Assembly: GCA_903878275.1 (NCBI GenBank)
Contig: CAIRHC010000007.1
Location: forward strand, 8,727 to 72,726
Length of the DNA stretch: 64,000 bases
Origin: Candidatus Vogelbacteria bacterium
GTDB taxonomy: Bacteria > Patescibacteriota > Minisyncoccia > Phycocordibacterales > XYD1-FULL-46-19
Direction of reading: 5' to 3'
Part shown: one piece after another, positions 1 through 6,936 of the stretch
Position numbering within the stretch: the first letter of the stretch is position 1
Layout: each line of letters opens with the position of its first letter
The notes under the pieces: model-generated
What the model was told of the DNA's origin: nothing
Seen by the model: the letters and a program-made list of their open reading frames with translations, nothing else
The model's database searches: none
Made by a program: the position numbers and the translations under genes

Positions 1-1389
1 TCTGGTAATTCGGCTAATTTGACTGCTTTTTCTTCTAAATATTTTTTAGTGTTTAGTTCTGGGTTCTCAAGAACCTCTTCCATTAAGGCATTTAGAATAA
101 AACCAACTTTTGGCCCTGGTGTCTCACGTGTAACATCCATTATTTTTTTGCCGTCGATTTTCATCATTTTTACTGAAGTCGGCGCCCTCAATGCCTCTTC
201 GATCATTGATTCGTATTTTCTCAAGCGATAAGGCTCTTCTTTTGGACGACCCATTCCGATGCGGTCACAGAAGCGTAAATTCATCAAATCCCAAATGTAT
301 TCTGGCCCGACGTTTACGATAATCCGACGAACGGCTGATAAGGTGATTTTGTCCGGATCAGAGAAGAACATATGGTTTCTGACCAGTTTTACAACAATCT
401 CGGTTAGTTTCACGGGAAACTTTAACCTAGACATTATCTCCTTTACCATTCTTTCCCCTACTACGTCGTGACCGTAAAAGGTGTATTGCTTACCTTTTAC
501 TGATTCGCGTCTGGTTTTCATCTTACCAACGTCGTGTAACAAAGCCGAAAGTCTCACGTGAAACGGGTATTCCTTATCAGCTGAATACTGCAAAGCTCTC
601 AAGGAATGTTCCCAAACGTCATAAATATGCTCCCCTTTCTGCTCGACACCAATCCCCGTTTCTATCTCTGGTAAAATATACTGCAATAGCCCACATTTGT
701 GGCATAAAATAAGACCTTCTTGTGGATTTGGCGACATAATTATCTTAGAAAATTCATCTCGTATTCTTTCTATCGAAGTATTTTTTAATAACTTGGAGTT
801 TTTAAAGATACTTTTCTTGGTGTCGATGTTGCACGTGAAACCAAGCTCGCTGGCGAAACGAATGGCTCTAATAAGCCGTAAACTATCTTCTGTGAAGCGA
901 AGATCGGCTTCCCCTACCGTTTGTACTACTTTGTCCTTTATGTCCTTTATACCGCCGTATAAATCGATTATCTCTTCAGTGAAAGGATTATAAGCTAAAG
1001 CATTGATCGTAAAATCTCGCCGAGCCAAATCTTCTTCCAAACTTTTGCCAAATTTTACCTCATCCGGGTGTCTGTTGTCTGAATAACCAGATTCTAATCT
1101 GAAGGGGGTAATTTCTACAGCTTTTAATTTGGAATCCTCTATCTCTTCGTTGATTACGGTGACAGTGCCAAATTGATTTTCATAAACAGTTTTAGAATAT
1201 AGCGACACGATTTGTTCCGGCGTGGCATTTGTCGTTATATCCCAATCTTTTGGTTCCCGGCCGATTAAGCCGTCTCGGACACAACCGCCCACTAAAAAAG
1301 CCTCAAAACCGTTATTTTTCAAGGTTTTGGCGTTGTCCAAGATAATTTCTGGAATTTTTAATTTAATTTTCGGGTTATTTTCAGGCATT
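1..1389 (-). CDS. cca: CCA-adding enzyme / tRNA nucleotidyltransferase (head domain + HD domain); C-terminus runs off the window start
   Basis: Own translation of minus strand from ATG (revcomp of 1387-1389): MPENNPKIKLKIPEIILDNAKTLKNNGFEAFLVGGCVRDGLIGREPKDWD (GGxVRD head motif); HD motif LLHDVGK from revcomp around 520-545; no stop before position 1, which is why it is absent from the ORF track; plus-strand ORFs 19-993 are antisense to it. Confidence 0.8.
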
Positions 1390-1448
1390 ATTTTAATTTT
1401 AACTAAAATTTTGATATTTATCCAATTTTATGGTACTTTTTATCTATT

Positions 1449-1520
1449 GCCCTTGTAGTTTAATGGATAAAACGACGGTCTTCGGAACCGTTGATGTGGG
1501 TTCGATTCCTGCCAGGGGCA
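1449..1520 (+). tRNA. tRNA-Arg (anticodon TCG), 72 nt, no encoded CCA
   Basis: Hand-folded cloverleaf: acceptor GCCCTTG/CAGGGGC (one G-T pair), anticodon stem ACGGT/ACCGT, loop CTTCGGA, T-loop TTCGATT. Confidence 0.8.
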
Positions 1521-1695
1521 CACGAGTGAAACGAAGTGGGTCATTGGCAGGAATCGAACAGGAGTGGGGTCGGGAGAACATTTTGTTCTCCAGTGGAGGA
1601 AGGCAGGGAGTTCGTCTTCTGACGAACGACCGTCGGAAAACCGTGGGTTTCCGAGGAGTGAGATTTCCTCCATGGGCACACGGTAAAAAATAATT
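1521..1695 (+). repeat. tRNA-trailer structured module, copy A (diverged)
   Basis: GGCAGGAATCGAAC (1546-1559) is a perfect inverted copy of the tRNA-Arg T-arm GTTCGATTCCTGCC (1500-1513). A GC-rich hairpin GGGAGAAC-ATTTT-GTTCTCC follows, then further hairpins (GTTCGTC/GACGAAC, TCGGAAA/TTTCCGA), and the module ends with a degenerate direct repeat of the tRNA-Arg 3' end (ATTTCCTCCATGGGCACACGG, 1663-1683, versus ATTCCTGCCAGGGGCACACGA). Confidence 0.6.
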
Positions 1696-1696
1696 A

Positions 1697-1782
1697 GGGC
1701 ACGTGGCGGAATCTGGTATACGCGTACGTCTCAGAAGCGTATGGAGTGATCCTTGGGAGTTCGAGTCTCCCCGTGCCCACCA
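1697..1782 (+). tRNA. tRNA-Leu (anticodon CAG), long variable arm, CCA encoded
   Basis: Acceptor GGGCACG/CGTGCCC, anticodon stem TACGT/GCGTA, loop CTCAGAA, 13-nt variable arm, T-arm GGGAG-TTCGAGT-CTCCC, ends ACCA at 1782. Confidence 0.8.
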
Positions 1783-1960
1783 AATAATACTAGCTAGTGT
1801 TATTTGGTGGGCACGAGAAAGGCAACTGCTTGCCTTTTGTGGGAGACTCGAACAACGGAACGATATTTTTTCAGTAGAAAAAATTAGTGAGTTGGTGCCT
1901 AGACCAAGGTGAGCGACGGCGAACCTTGAGTCGAAGGAGAGTCGCTCCCCCGTGCCCACA
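1783..1960 (+). repeat. tRNA-trailer structured module, Leu copy
   Basis: TTATTTGGTGGGCACG (1800-1815) is a perfect inverted copy of CGTGCCCACCAAATAA (1772-1787). GGGAGACTCGAAC (1841-1853) is an inverted copy of the T-arm GTTCGAGTCTCCC (1759-1771). An inner hairpin AAAGGCAA-CTGC-TTGCCTTT is present, and the tRNA 3' end is repeated directly as GCTCCCCCGTGCCCACA (1944-1960). Confidence 0.6.
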
Positions 1961-2036
1961 CTTACCTATTTGAATTTTTGTAATAATTTGGTAAAATAGT
2001 TTTTGTTGGATTAGGTAAATAAATGAGCGGGTATGG

Positions 2037-2107
2037 TTTAGTGGTAGAACACGACCTTGCCAAGGTTGAGACGGGAGTCCGATTCTCCCTACCCGCACAA
2101 AAGACTT
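2037..2107 (+). tRNA. tRNA-Gly (anticodon GCC)
   Basis: Acceptor GCGGGTA/TACCCGC, anticodon stem CGACC/GGTTG with loop TTGCCAA, T-arm GGGAG-TCCGATT-CTCCC; no trailer module, followed by a plain terminator. Confidence 0.8.
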
Positions 2108-2134
2108 GTTTCATAGAATCAAGAAAAGAAAAAA

Positions 2135-2160
2135 GGACGGCGTTTGCCGTCCTTTTTTTG
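2135..2160 (+). terminator. Rho-independent terminator after the tRNA cluster
   Basis: GGACGGCG-TTT-GCCGTCC hairpin followed by a T7 run. Confidence 0.7.
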
Positions 2161-2419
2161 GGTCGTTTAGTCACTTTTAAACCTTAAAAAAACCAAAAAC
2201 TGTGGATAAACCTGTGTCCAATGGGGATAAGAGACGGCTTTTAACTTCTTTGGTTGTCCTTTGATTCGTCCGTTGCCTTTTAAAATATGGCTTAAAATAA
2301 CGTTATTCTGTAATTTTGACCAGAAATAAGGGTTTTTCACCCCGAAAGTGTTTCTTAAGAAACACTTTCGGGGCATTTTTCAGAAAAATGTCTAAAAATA
2401 GACAAAGAATGTCCGGTTT

Positions 2420-2893
2420 GTGCTAAAATTAAATTGTTTAAATATCTCAAAAATAATGTTTGGTAATTCTTCAAAAACAGACAATCGAACCGAAAAACAA
2501 ATTGTCGGTGCGAAAGGGGAGCAACTCGCTTGCGATTACTTAATAAAAAATGGTTATCGAATACTAAAACGAAATTATTGGAAACCGCAGGGCGAGATCG
2601 ATATCGTGGCTCAAAAGGGGAGCATTCTTTATTTTATCGAAGTAAAAACCGTTTCTTCGACACCGGAATTTGTCAAAATGTTGTCTGAAAATAGGGGAAT
2701 GTTTGATAATTATCAGCCTGAAGACAACATTCACCCTTGGAAAATAAAAAGATTATCGAGAGTTATTGAAATTTTCCTGTCCGAAAACCACATTGATGAC
2801 GATCAGGACTGGCAAGTCGATGCCATTTGCGTGTACTTAGAAAAGGGGAGCGACAAAATGCTGAAAATCGAGTATCTGGAAGATATTATGTAA
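2420..2893 (+). CDS. YraN-family (UPF0102) predicted PD-(D/E)xK endonuclease with C-terminal extension; true start probably the ATG at 2456
   Basis: GEQLACDYLIKNGYRILKRNYWKPQGEIDIVAQKGSILYFIEVKT matches the YraN signature (GE.LA..YL...GY.IL.RN.R...GEIDLIA......VFVEVK). Confidence 0.75.
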   Translation: MLKLNCLNISKIMFGNSSKTDNRTEKQIVGAKGEQLACDYLIKNGYRILKRNYWKPQGEIDIVAQKGSILYFIEVKTVSSTPEFVKMLSENRGMFDNYQPEDNIHPWKIKRLSRVIEIFLSENHIDDDQDWQVDAICVYLEKGSDKMLKIEYLEDIM

Positions 2894-2947
2894 AAAATTA
2901 AAGGGGCAGGATACTTTTTGTATCTGCCCCTAAACCTTAAACCATTT

Positions 2948-4102
2948 TTACTCTCCTTTCTGCCGGAAGTTCCAGCAACCTTCGGTGTCGACGAAACCGT
3001 CGCGACACAGTTGTTCATTTGATAACTCCTTGGCACGACGACCAAGGCATGAGTTGCACTTGCCTTCGGCGAAGTTGGCACACTTTGTGCCACACTTTCC
3101 ACCATAACACCGAGAACGGACAATCCGCATCTCGGTCGACTCCCAAGCTTGGTCGAGAGTCTTGGTTTTTACACTTCCTAATTTCACCTCCTCTGCCCCA
3201 ATGCAAGGGCGGACATCACCGTACTGTGATATGTACATATGGTGCATGTATCTATCGCAGACGGTACCGACATAGCTCTGGGATAACTCCCAGCTTTGAC
3301 CGAACTCATCTTTGTCGATTTGTTGGAGCTCAAGAAGCGCCACTTTGATTCCCTCGCCGGGGATTTTCAAGTGACAACTTTGAGCACGTCCCACATCAAG
3401 GACGGAGTCGCAGTCAAAGATAATATTATTCTTGCGACAGAAGCGCAAAACTTCTGCCACGTCATTGACGTTTGACGGACCATCAGGCTCGTCCGACGCC
3501 ATTATTGAAGTCACGAGTGCCAACCGGCTTTCGCGACCAAATTTTCTGGCAATCTCATCCTCTGGGGAATTGAAGCCAGCGTTAATCAGTGCTTGAAGGG
3601 TGGCGTTTCTTTTTGCGCCGTAACCTTCAATGTTGCGTCCGTGAGCTGGGTCGCTCACGAACTTGTCTTGCTCTTCCGGGTCGAGTGTGTTGCCCTTGAG
3701 CATTAGCTCGACCGGCAGTTTTTTTAACTTGGCGATAAGTTCCTCTGTCAGGAACTCGCCGGTTGTGAATACCGTGACAAACATTCCCAACTCGGTTGCC
3801 CGAGTCAAGAACCACATTGTGAGCTCGAGGTTCCGTTCAATGAACGGTTCCCCAGCCCCGGGGATACCAAGAGAATCGACACCGATACTCTCGGCTTCGG
3901 CCAGAAGGCGATTGTAGTCGTCTTTTGACAACAAATCGTCTGGCCTGTTTGGCTTTCCTCCTCTGGCGTAGCAGTATGTGCACGCCAAGTTGCAGAAGCC
4001 GGGCAACTCAACCCACAGACTCTGTAGTCTGCCGGTATTTGCACGGCGGAGGCCGTGCTGCACTGCCGTATTCTTCATTTTTTTACTCCTTTTAATTTTC
4101 AA
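2948..4102 (-). CDS. Radical SAM protein with C-terminal Cys-rich SPASM/twitch-like domain
   Basis: CNLACTYCYA (CxxxCxxC) near the N-terminus; C-terminal cysteine cluster CYGGKCGTKCANFAEGKCNSCLG...C...C; RBS AAAGGAG 8 nt before the ATG. Confidence 0.8.
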   Translation of the reverse strand: MKIKRSKKMKNTAVQHGLRRANTGRLQSLWVELPGFCNLACTYCYARGGKPNRPDDLLSKDDYNRLLAEAESIGVDSLGIPGAGEPFIERNLELTMWFLTRATELGMFVTVFTTGEFLTEELIAKLKKLPVELMLKGNTLDPEEQDKFVSDPAHGRNIEGYGAKRNATLQALINAGFNSPEDEIARKFGRESRLALVTSIMASDEPDGPSNVNDVAEVLRFCRKNNIIFDCDSVLDVGRAQSCHLKIPGEGIKVALLELQQIDKDEFGQSWELSQSYVGTVCDRYMHHMYISQYGDVRPCIGAEEVKLGSVKTKTLDQAWESTEMRIVRSRCYGGKCGTKCANFAEGKCNSCLGRRAKELSNEQLCRDGFVDTEGCWNFRQKGE

Positions 4103-4118
4103 CGTTCTTCTGGCGCTA

Positions 4119-4147
4119 AGTATACCAGATTATTGTAAATATGTCAA
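4119..4147 (-). promoter_or_regulatory. Consensus sigma70-type promoter for the radical SAM gene (TTGACA-17-TATACT on minus strand)
   Basis: Revcomp of 4119-4147 reads TTGACATATTTACAATAATCTGGTATACT, a perfect -35, 17-bp spacer and near-perfect -10, 20 nt upstream of the RBS; lies in a divergent intergenic region shared with the TrmB-like gene. Confidence 0.6.
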
Positions 4148-4248
4148 TATAATTTCGTCACTTTTACATAAAATTATCATATAATATATCTTTATTTTGC
4201 TTAATAAAAATGACTTGACTATGTAAAATAAGAGTATAAAATATAATA

Positions 4249-5046
4249 GTGACGACATATGTTCGTCAAAATAAAACTATGGATATTCAATTTATTATCG
4301 AAAAATTGGGACTAGGGGAGAAGCAAGCTGGGGTTTACATGGCTCTTCTTCAGATGGGATCAGGCAACATTAAACAAATTGCCAAAAATTCTGATCTCAA
4401 GCGGACGACTGTCTATAGTGTGTTAGATAATTTGATTCAAAAAGGATTTGTGATCTTGGTTAAAAAAGGTGCTCATCGTGTGTATTTTGCCGAAGATCCC
4501 AAAAAACTTTCTATTCTCTATGATAACGAAATATTAAAAATAAAAGAACGTCAGAAAGCCATAGCTGAAGTTTTACCAGAACTCGGTTCGCTTTATAATG
4601 CCAACGCGGCTAAACCCGCCATTCGTTTTTATGAAGGGTTGGAGGCTTTGAAGCAAGTTTTTAATGAAACTCTGGAGTTAAAGAAAGGGGAAGAAATTTT
4701 AGTCTATTCTTCAGCTGAATCAATCCATACTTATTTAGGTGATGTATATGTCAAGAATTATCTAGCCCAAAGAAAACAAAAGGGGATAATTCAAAGAGCT
4801 ATTGCTGAAGACTCTCTCTCTGCTCAAGAGCATCTTAAACACGACAAAGAAGAATTACGCCAGACTAGACTGGTAAGTAAGGAATTTTTTCCGTTTTCTA
4901 ATGAGATAAATATTTTTCGTAATAAAATGTTGATTATTTCTTATAAAGATTTCTTTGGGGTTGTTATCGAGAGTGCTGAAATTGCTAAAACCCAAAAAGC
5001 GATTTTTGAATTGGCATGGATTGGGTCTAAAAATATCAAAAAGTAA
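4249..5046 (+). CDS. TrmB-family HTH transcriptional regulator (start possibly the ATG at 4279, MDIQF)
   Basis: N-terminal winged helix LGLGEKQAGVYMALLQMGSGNIKQIAKNSDLKRTTVYSVLDNLIQKGFV, typical TrmB N-domain; 265 aa. Confidence 0.65.
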   Translation: MTTYVRQNKTMDIQFIIEKLGLGEKQAGVYMALLQMGSGNIKQIAKNSDLKRTTVYSVLDNLIQKGFVILVKKGAHRVYFAEDPKKLSILYDNEILKIKERQKAIAEVLPELGSLYNANAAKPAIRFYEGLEALKQVFNETLELKKGEEILVYSSAESIHTYLGDVYVKNYLAQRKQKGIIQRAIAEDSLSAQEHLKHDKEELRQTRLVSKEFFPFSNEINIFRNKMLIISYKDFFGVVIESAEIAKTQKAIFELAWIGSKNIKK

Positions 5047-5177
5047 TTTAGCTAGAGTTTTTGAAATATTCCTCCATAAAATTGACTTTTGTCTAAAATA
5101 TTGTATGATTGTAAAAGATTGGTCGGCTGTCGATCAATGAAACGAAGTTCTTTGTTTAATCTAGTTGGAGAAAAAAG

Positions 5178-5453
5178 ATGACCGAGCATAAAGTGAATGA
5201 AGAAGTGGAGTTGCGCATTTTGCGCAAATTATTCAAGAGACATATTTCGCAAGGTCGATTGATGTCGGCCAACGAGTTTAATCGCCATGTCACTAATCTG
5301 GCGAAAGAGCTCGGCGAGAATACAGATGATCTCCGTCAGTTGGCGGAAAAATTTCTGACCGAGATTGTTGGGGATATGCTCACACAATCTCTGAAAAAGT
5401 CAGTAACATCACAAATTCCCGAAGTCGAGCATTTTGGGAGTTCAGTGAAATAA
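5178..5453 (+). CDS. Hypothetical protein (91 aa)
   Basis: ORF with GGAGAAAAAAGATG RBS; no recognisable motif. Confidence 0.45.
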   Translation: MTEHKVNEEVELRILRKLFKRHISQGRLMSANEFNRHVTNLAKELGENTDDLRQLAEKFLTEIVGDMLTQSLKKSVTSQIPEVEHFGSSVK

Positions 5454-5669
5454 AGACGGCAAGGTCGAGCCCGCCCCGGCTCTCAAAGGGTAATTGAACC
5501 TCCTCGCTTGGCGAGCAAGGTTCAGAATAAGAACCCTCCTCCTGTCTTTGTTTTTTTGTAAGGCTAGGCGATTTGTCGCTTAGCCTTTTAATTTGGCTGG
5601 TTTTTCTTAGGTTTTTTAATATTTGAATTTAGATTGTTTTTAGGCTATAATTTTAGAGTTATTAAATAT

Positions 5670-5741
5670 CGGGGTGTAGTGCAACGGCTAGCACGAGTCC
5701 TTTGGGAGGATTTAATCCGAGTTCGAATCTCGGCACCCCGA
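5670..5741 (+). tRNA. tRNA-Pro (anticodon TGG), no encoded CCA
   Basis: Acceptor CGGGGTG/CACCCCG, anticodon stem AGTCC/GGATT with loop TTTGGGA, T-arm CCGAG-TTCGAAT-CTCGG. Confidence 0.8.
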
Positions 5742-5922
5742 CAAAAAACAAAAGAGCTGGAAATTTCCAGTTCTTTGTTTTTTGTCTCGAGATTCGAACC
5801 AGAGGTGGGGTCGGGAGGACTGGGTGTCCTCCCGTGGAGGAAATTATTCAAAACCGAGGGGTTTGAAAGCGCAATTCGCTTTAGCGAATGAGCAGTGAGT
5901 GTTCTCGGCACCCCGACAAAAT
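5742..5922 (+). repeat. tRNA-trailer structured module, copy B (canonical)
   Basis: In order: a terminator-like hairpin (AAAAAACAAAAGAGCTGGAAATTTCCAGTTCTTTGTTTTTT); TCGAGATTCGAAC, an inverted T-arm copy; the GC hairpin GGGAGGAC-TGGGT-GTCCTCCC; a 55-nt core TTATTCAAAACCGAGGGGTTTGAAAGCGCAATTCGCTTTAGCGAATGAGCAGTGAG (5844-5899); and a direct repeat of the tRNA-Pro 3' end, CTCGGCACCCCGACAAAA (5904-5922). Confidence 0.7.
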
Positions 5923-5978
5923 TTTTATATTCTCAACTTGTGTATTGACAAAGTAATTACATTGTCTATACTAGAATT

Positions 5979-6227
5979 ATGTCTACTTTAAGTATTAGGA
6001 TTGAAGATAAAACCAAAGCTGAAGCAAGTAAAACTCTGGCTCGTCTTGGGCTTGATATGTCTAGCGCGATCAAACTTTTTCTTTATCAGGTAGTAAAGGA
6101 AGACGGTCTGCCTTTTACTCCGACCAATAATCTGGCGATAATTAAAGCTCGCTTCGATACTCAAGTGCTTGAAGCCAAGAAAAACCGTGGTTTCAAGACG
6201 GCAAAAGAGGCGCTTGATGATTTATAA
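5979..6227 (+). CDS. dinJ: DinJ/RelB-family antitoxin
   Basis: MSTLSIRIEDKTKAEASKTLARLGLDMSSAIKLFLYQVVKEDGLPFTP matches the DinJ ribbon-helix-helix N-terminus; immediately followed by the yafQ-like toxin. Confidence 0.8.
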   Translation: MSTLSIRIEDKTKAEASKTLARLGLDMSSAIKLFLYQVVKEDGLPFTPTNNLAIIKARFDTQVLEAKKNRGFKTAKEALDDL

Positions 6228-6230
6228 AAT

Positions 6231-6515
6231 ATGTACATTATCAAGCGGACTAAAGATTTTGAAAGGTCTTTTAAAAAACTTAAGCAGGCGGGACTTTCAA
6301 AAAATAAAAGAAATATCTTAGAATCTGTAATTGATATAATAGCTTTGGGTCAAAAACCGAGCGAGAAATATAAAGACCATCAATTAAAAGGGGAATTGAG
6401 GTTTTTTCGTGAATGTCATATTTTTAATGATCTTTTGGTGATTTACAAAATCGAAAAAGACGAGTTGATCCTAGTTTTGGTTGACATTGGTAGTCATGCT
6501 CAATTATTTGGATAA
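6231..6515 (+). CDS. yafQ: YafQ-family mRNA interferase toxin (RelE/ParE superfamily)
   Basis: DHQLKGELRFFRECHIFNDLLVIYKIEKDELILVLVDIGSHAQLFG matches the YafQ C-terminal signature (H.LTG.W.GYRDCHI.PDWLLIY......L.LVRTGSHSELF). Confidence 0.85.
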   Translation: MYIIKRTKDFERSFKKLKQAGLSKNKRNILESVIDIIALGQKPSEKYKDHQLKGELRFFRECHIFNDLLVIYKIEKDELILVLVDIGSHAQLFG

Positions 6516-6563
6516 AACAGACGCATTTTGAATTAAGGTATTTTAAGTGGTAGGATAAAATAT

Positions 6564-6755
6564 CGGAGTGTAGTGTAACGGTAACATCCACGACACGCCC
6601 GCCTACCTTTTTATCGGGGCATAGTGTAACGGTAACATTTACGATTCGGGTTCGTAAGACTCAGGGTTCGAATCCCTGTGCCCCGACAAGAGAAGTGAGA
6701 AAAGGTGGGCAGGTGAAGGTTCGTGGGACTCAGGGTTCGAATCCCGGCACTCCGA
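6564..6755 (+). pseudogene. Disrupted or split tRNA-Pro-like gene: 5' half 6564-6590, 3' half about 6716-6755, interrupted by an insertion that carries a complete tRNA-Pro(CGG)
   Basis: The 5' half CGGAGTG-TA-GTGTAACGGTAACAT-CCACG matches the tRNA-Pro(CGG) 5' half through the D-arm. The 3' half CGTGG-GACT-CAGGG-TTCGAAT-CCCGG-CACTCCG-A carries the complementary acceptor strand and complementary anticodon-stem strands (CCACG/CGTGG). The T-stem has one mismatch. Confidence 0.45.
6615..6686 (+). tRNA. tRNA-Pro (anticodon CGG), no encoded CCA, nested between the halves of the split tRNA
   Basis: Acceptor CGGGGCA/TGCCCCG, anticodon stem TACGA/TCGTA with loop TTCGGGT, T-arm CAGGG-TTCGAAT-CCCTG. Confidence 0.75.
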
Positions 6756-6903
6756 CAAAACTGAAAAGTTTTTCGGAGTGCAGGGATTCGAACGGGAAGG
6801 GGTAGGGAAACGGGAGTTTCCCTTGGCGGAGTTATTCAAACCGAGGGGTTTGAAAGCGCAATTCGCTTTAGCGAATGAGCAGTGAGATTCCCGGCACTCC
6901 GAC
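6756..6903 (+). repeat. tRNA-trailer structured module, copy C
   Basis: TCGGAGTGCAGGGATTCGAAC is an inverted copy of the preceding 3' end GGTTCGAATCCCGGCACTCCGA. The GC hairpin is GGGAAAC-GGGA-GTTTCCC, which covaries with copies A and B. The 55-nt core (6832-6886) is near-identical to copy B. The module ends with a direct repeat ATTCCCGGCACTCCGACA (6886-6903). Confidence 0.7.
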
Positions 6904-6936
6904 ACAACGAAAAATTAATAATTTAATTAAACAGTT

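Noticed and set aside
19-993. Plus-strand ORFs 19-231, 259-471, 697-993
   Set aside because: They are antisense to the clearly recognisable cca gene, which has head and HD motifs on the minus strand.
1521-1695. Possible tmRNA or SRP (4.5S) RNA between tRNA-Arg and tRNA-Leu
   Set aside because: There is no tag-peptide reading frame ending in a stop, no tRNA-Ala-like 5'/3' pairing, and no SRP domain-IV GGAA / AGCAGCC motif. The segment is better explained as a diverged member of the tRNA-trailer module family (inverted T-arm copy, covarying hairpin, direct repeat).
1430-1959. ORF-track entries overlapping the tRNA cluster (1430-1693 +, 1440-1679 -, 1444-1959 -, 1703-1912 +)
   Set aside because: They run straight through hand-folded tRNA-Arg and tRNA-Leu and through the inverted and direct repeat modules. 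Their composition follows the structured RNA and they have no RBS, so they are not coding.
3015-4184. ORFs 3015-3206 (-), 3019-3348 (+), 3627-3815 (-), 3663-3917 (+), 3805-4044 (-), 3978-4184 (+)
   Set aside because: They are alternative-frame or antisense ORFs inside or abutting the radical SAM gene, whose CxxxCxxC and SPASM motifs identify the true frame.
5634-5911. ORFs 5634-5891 (+) and 5645-5911 (-) and ORF 6639-6905 (-)
   Set aside because: They overlap tRNA-Pro genes and the conserved 55-nt module core on both strands, so they are artefacts of GC-rich structured sequence.
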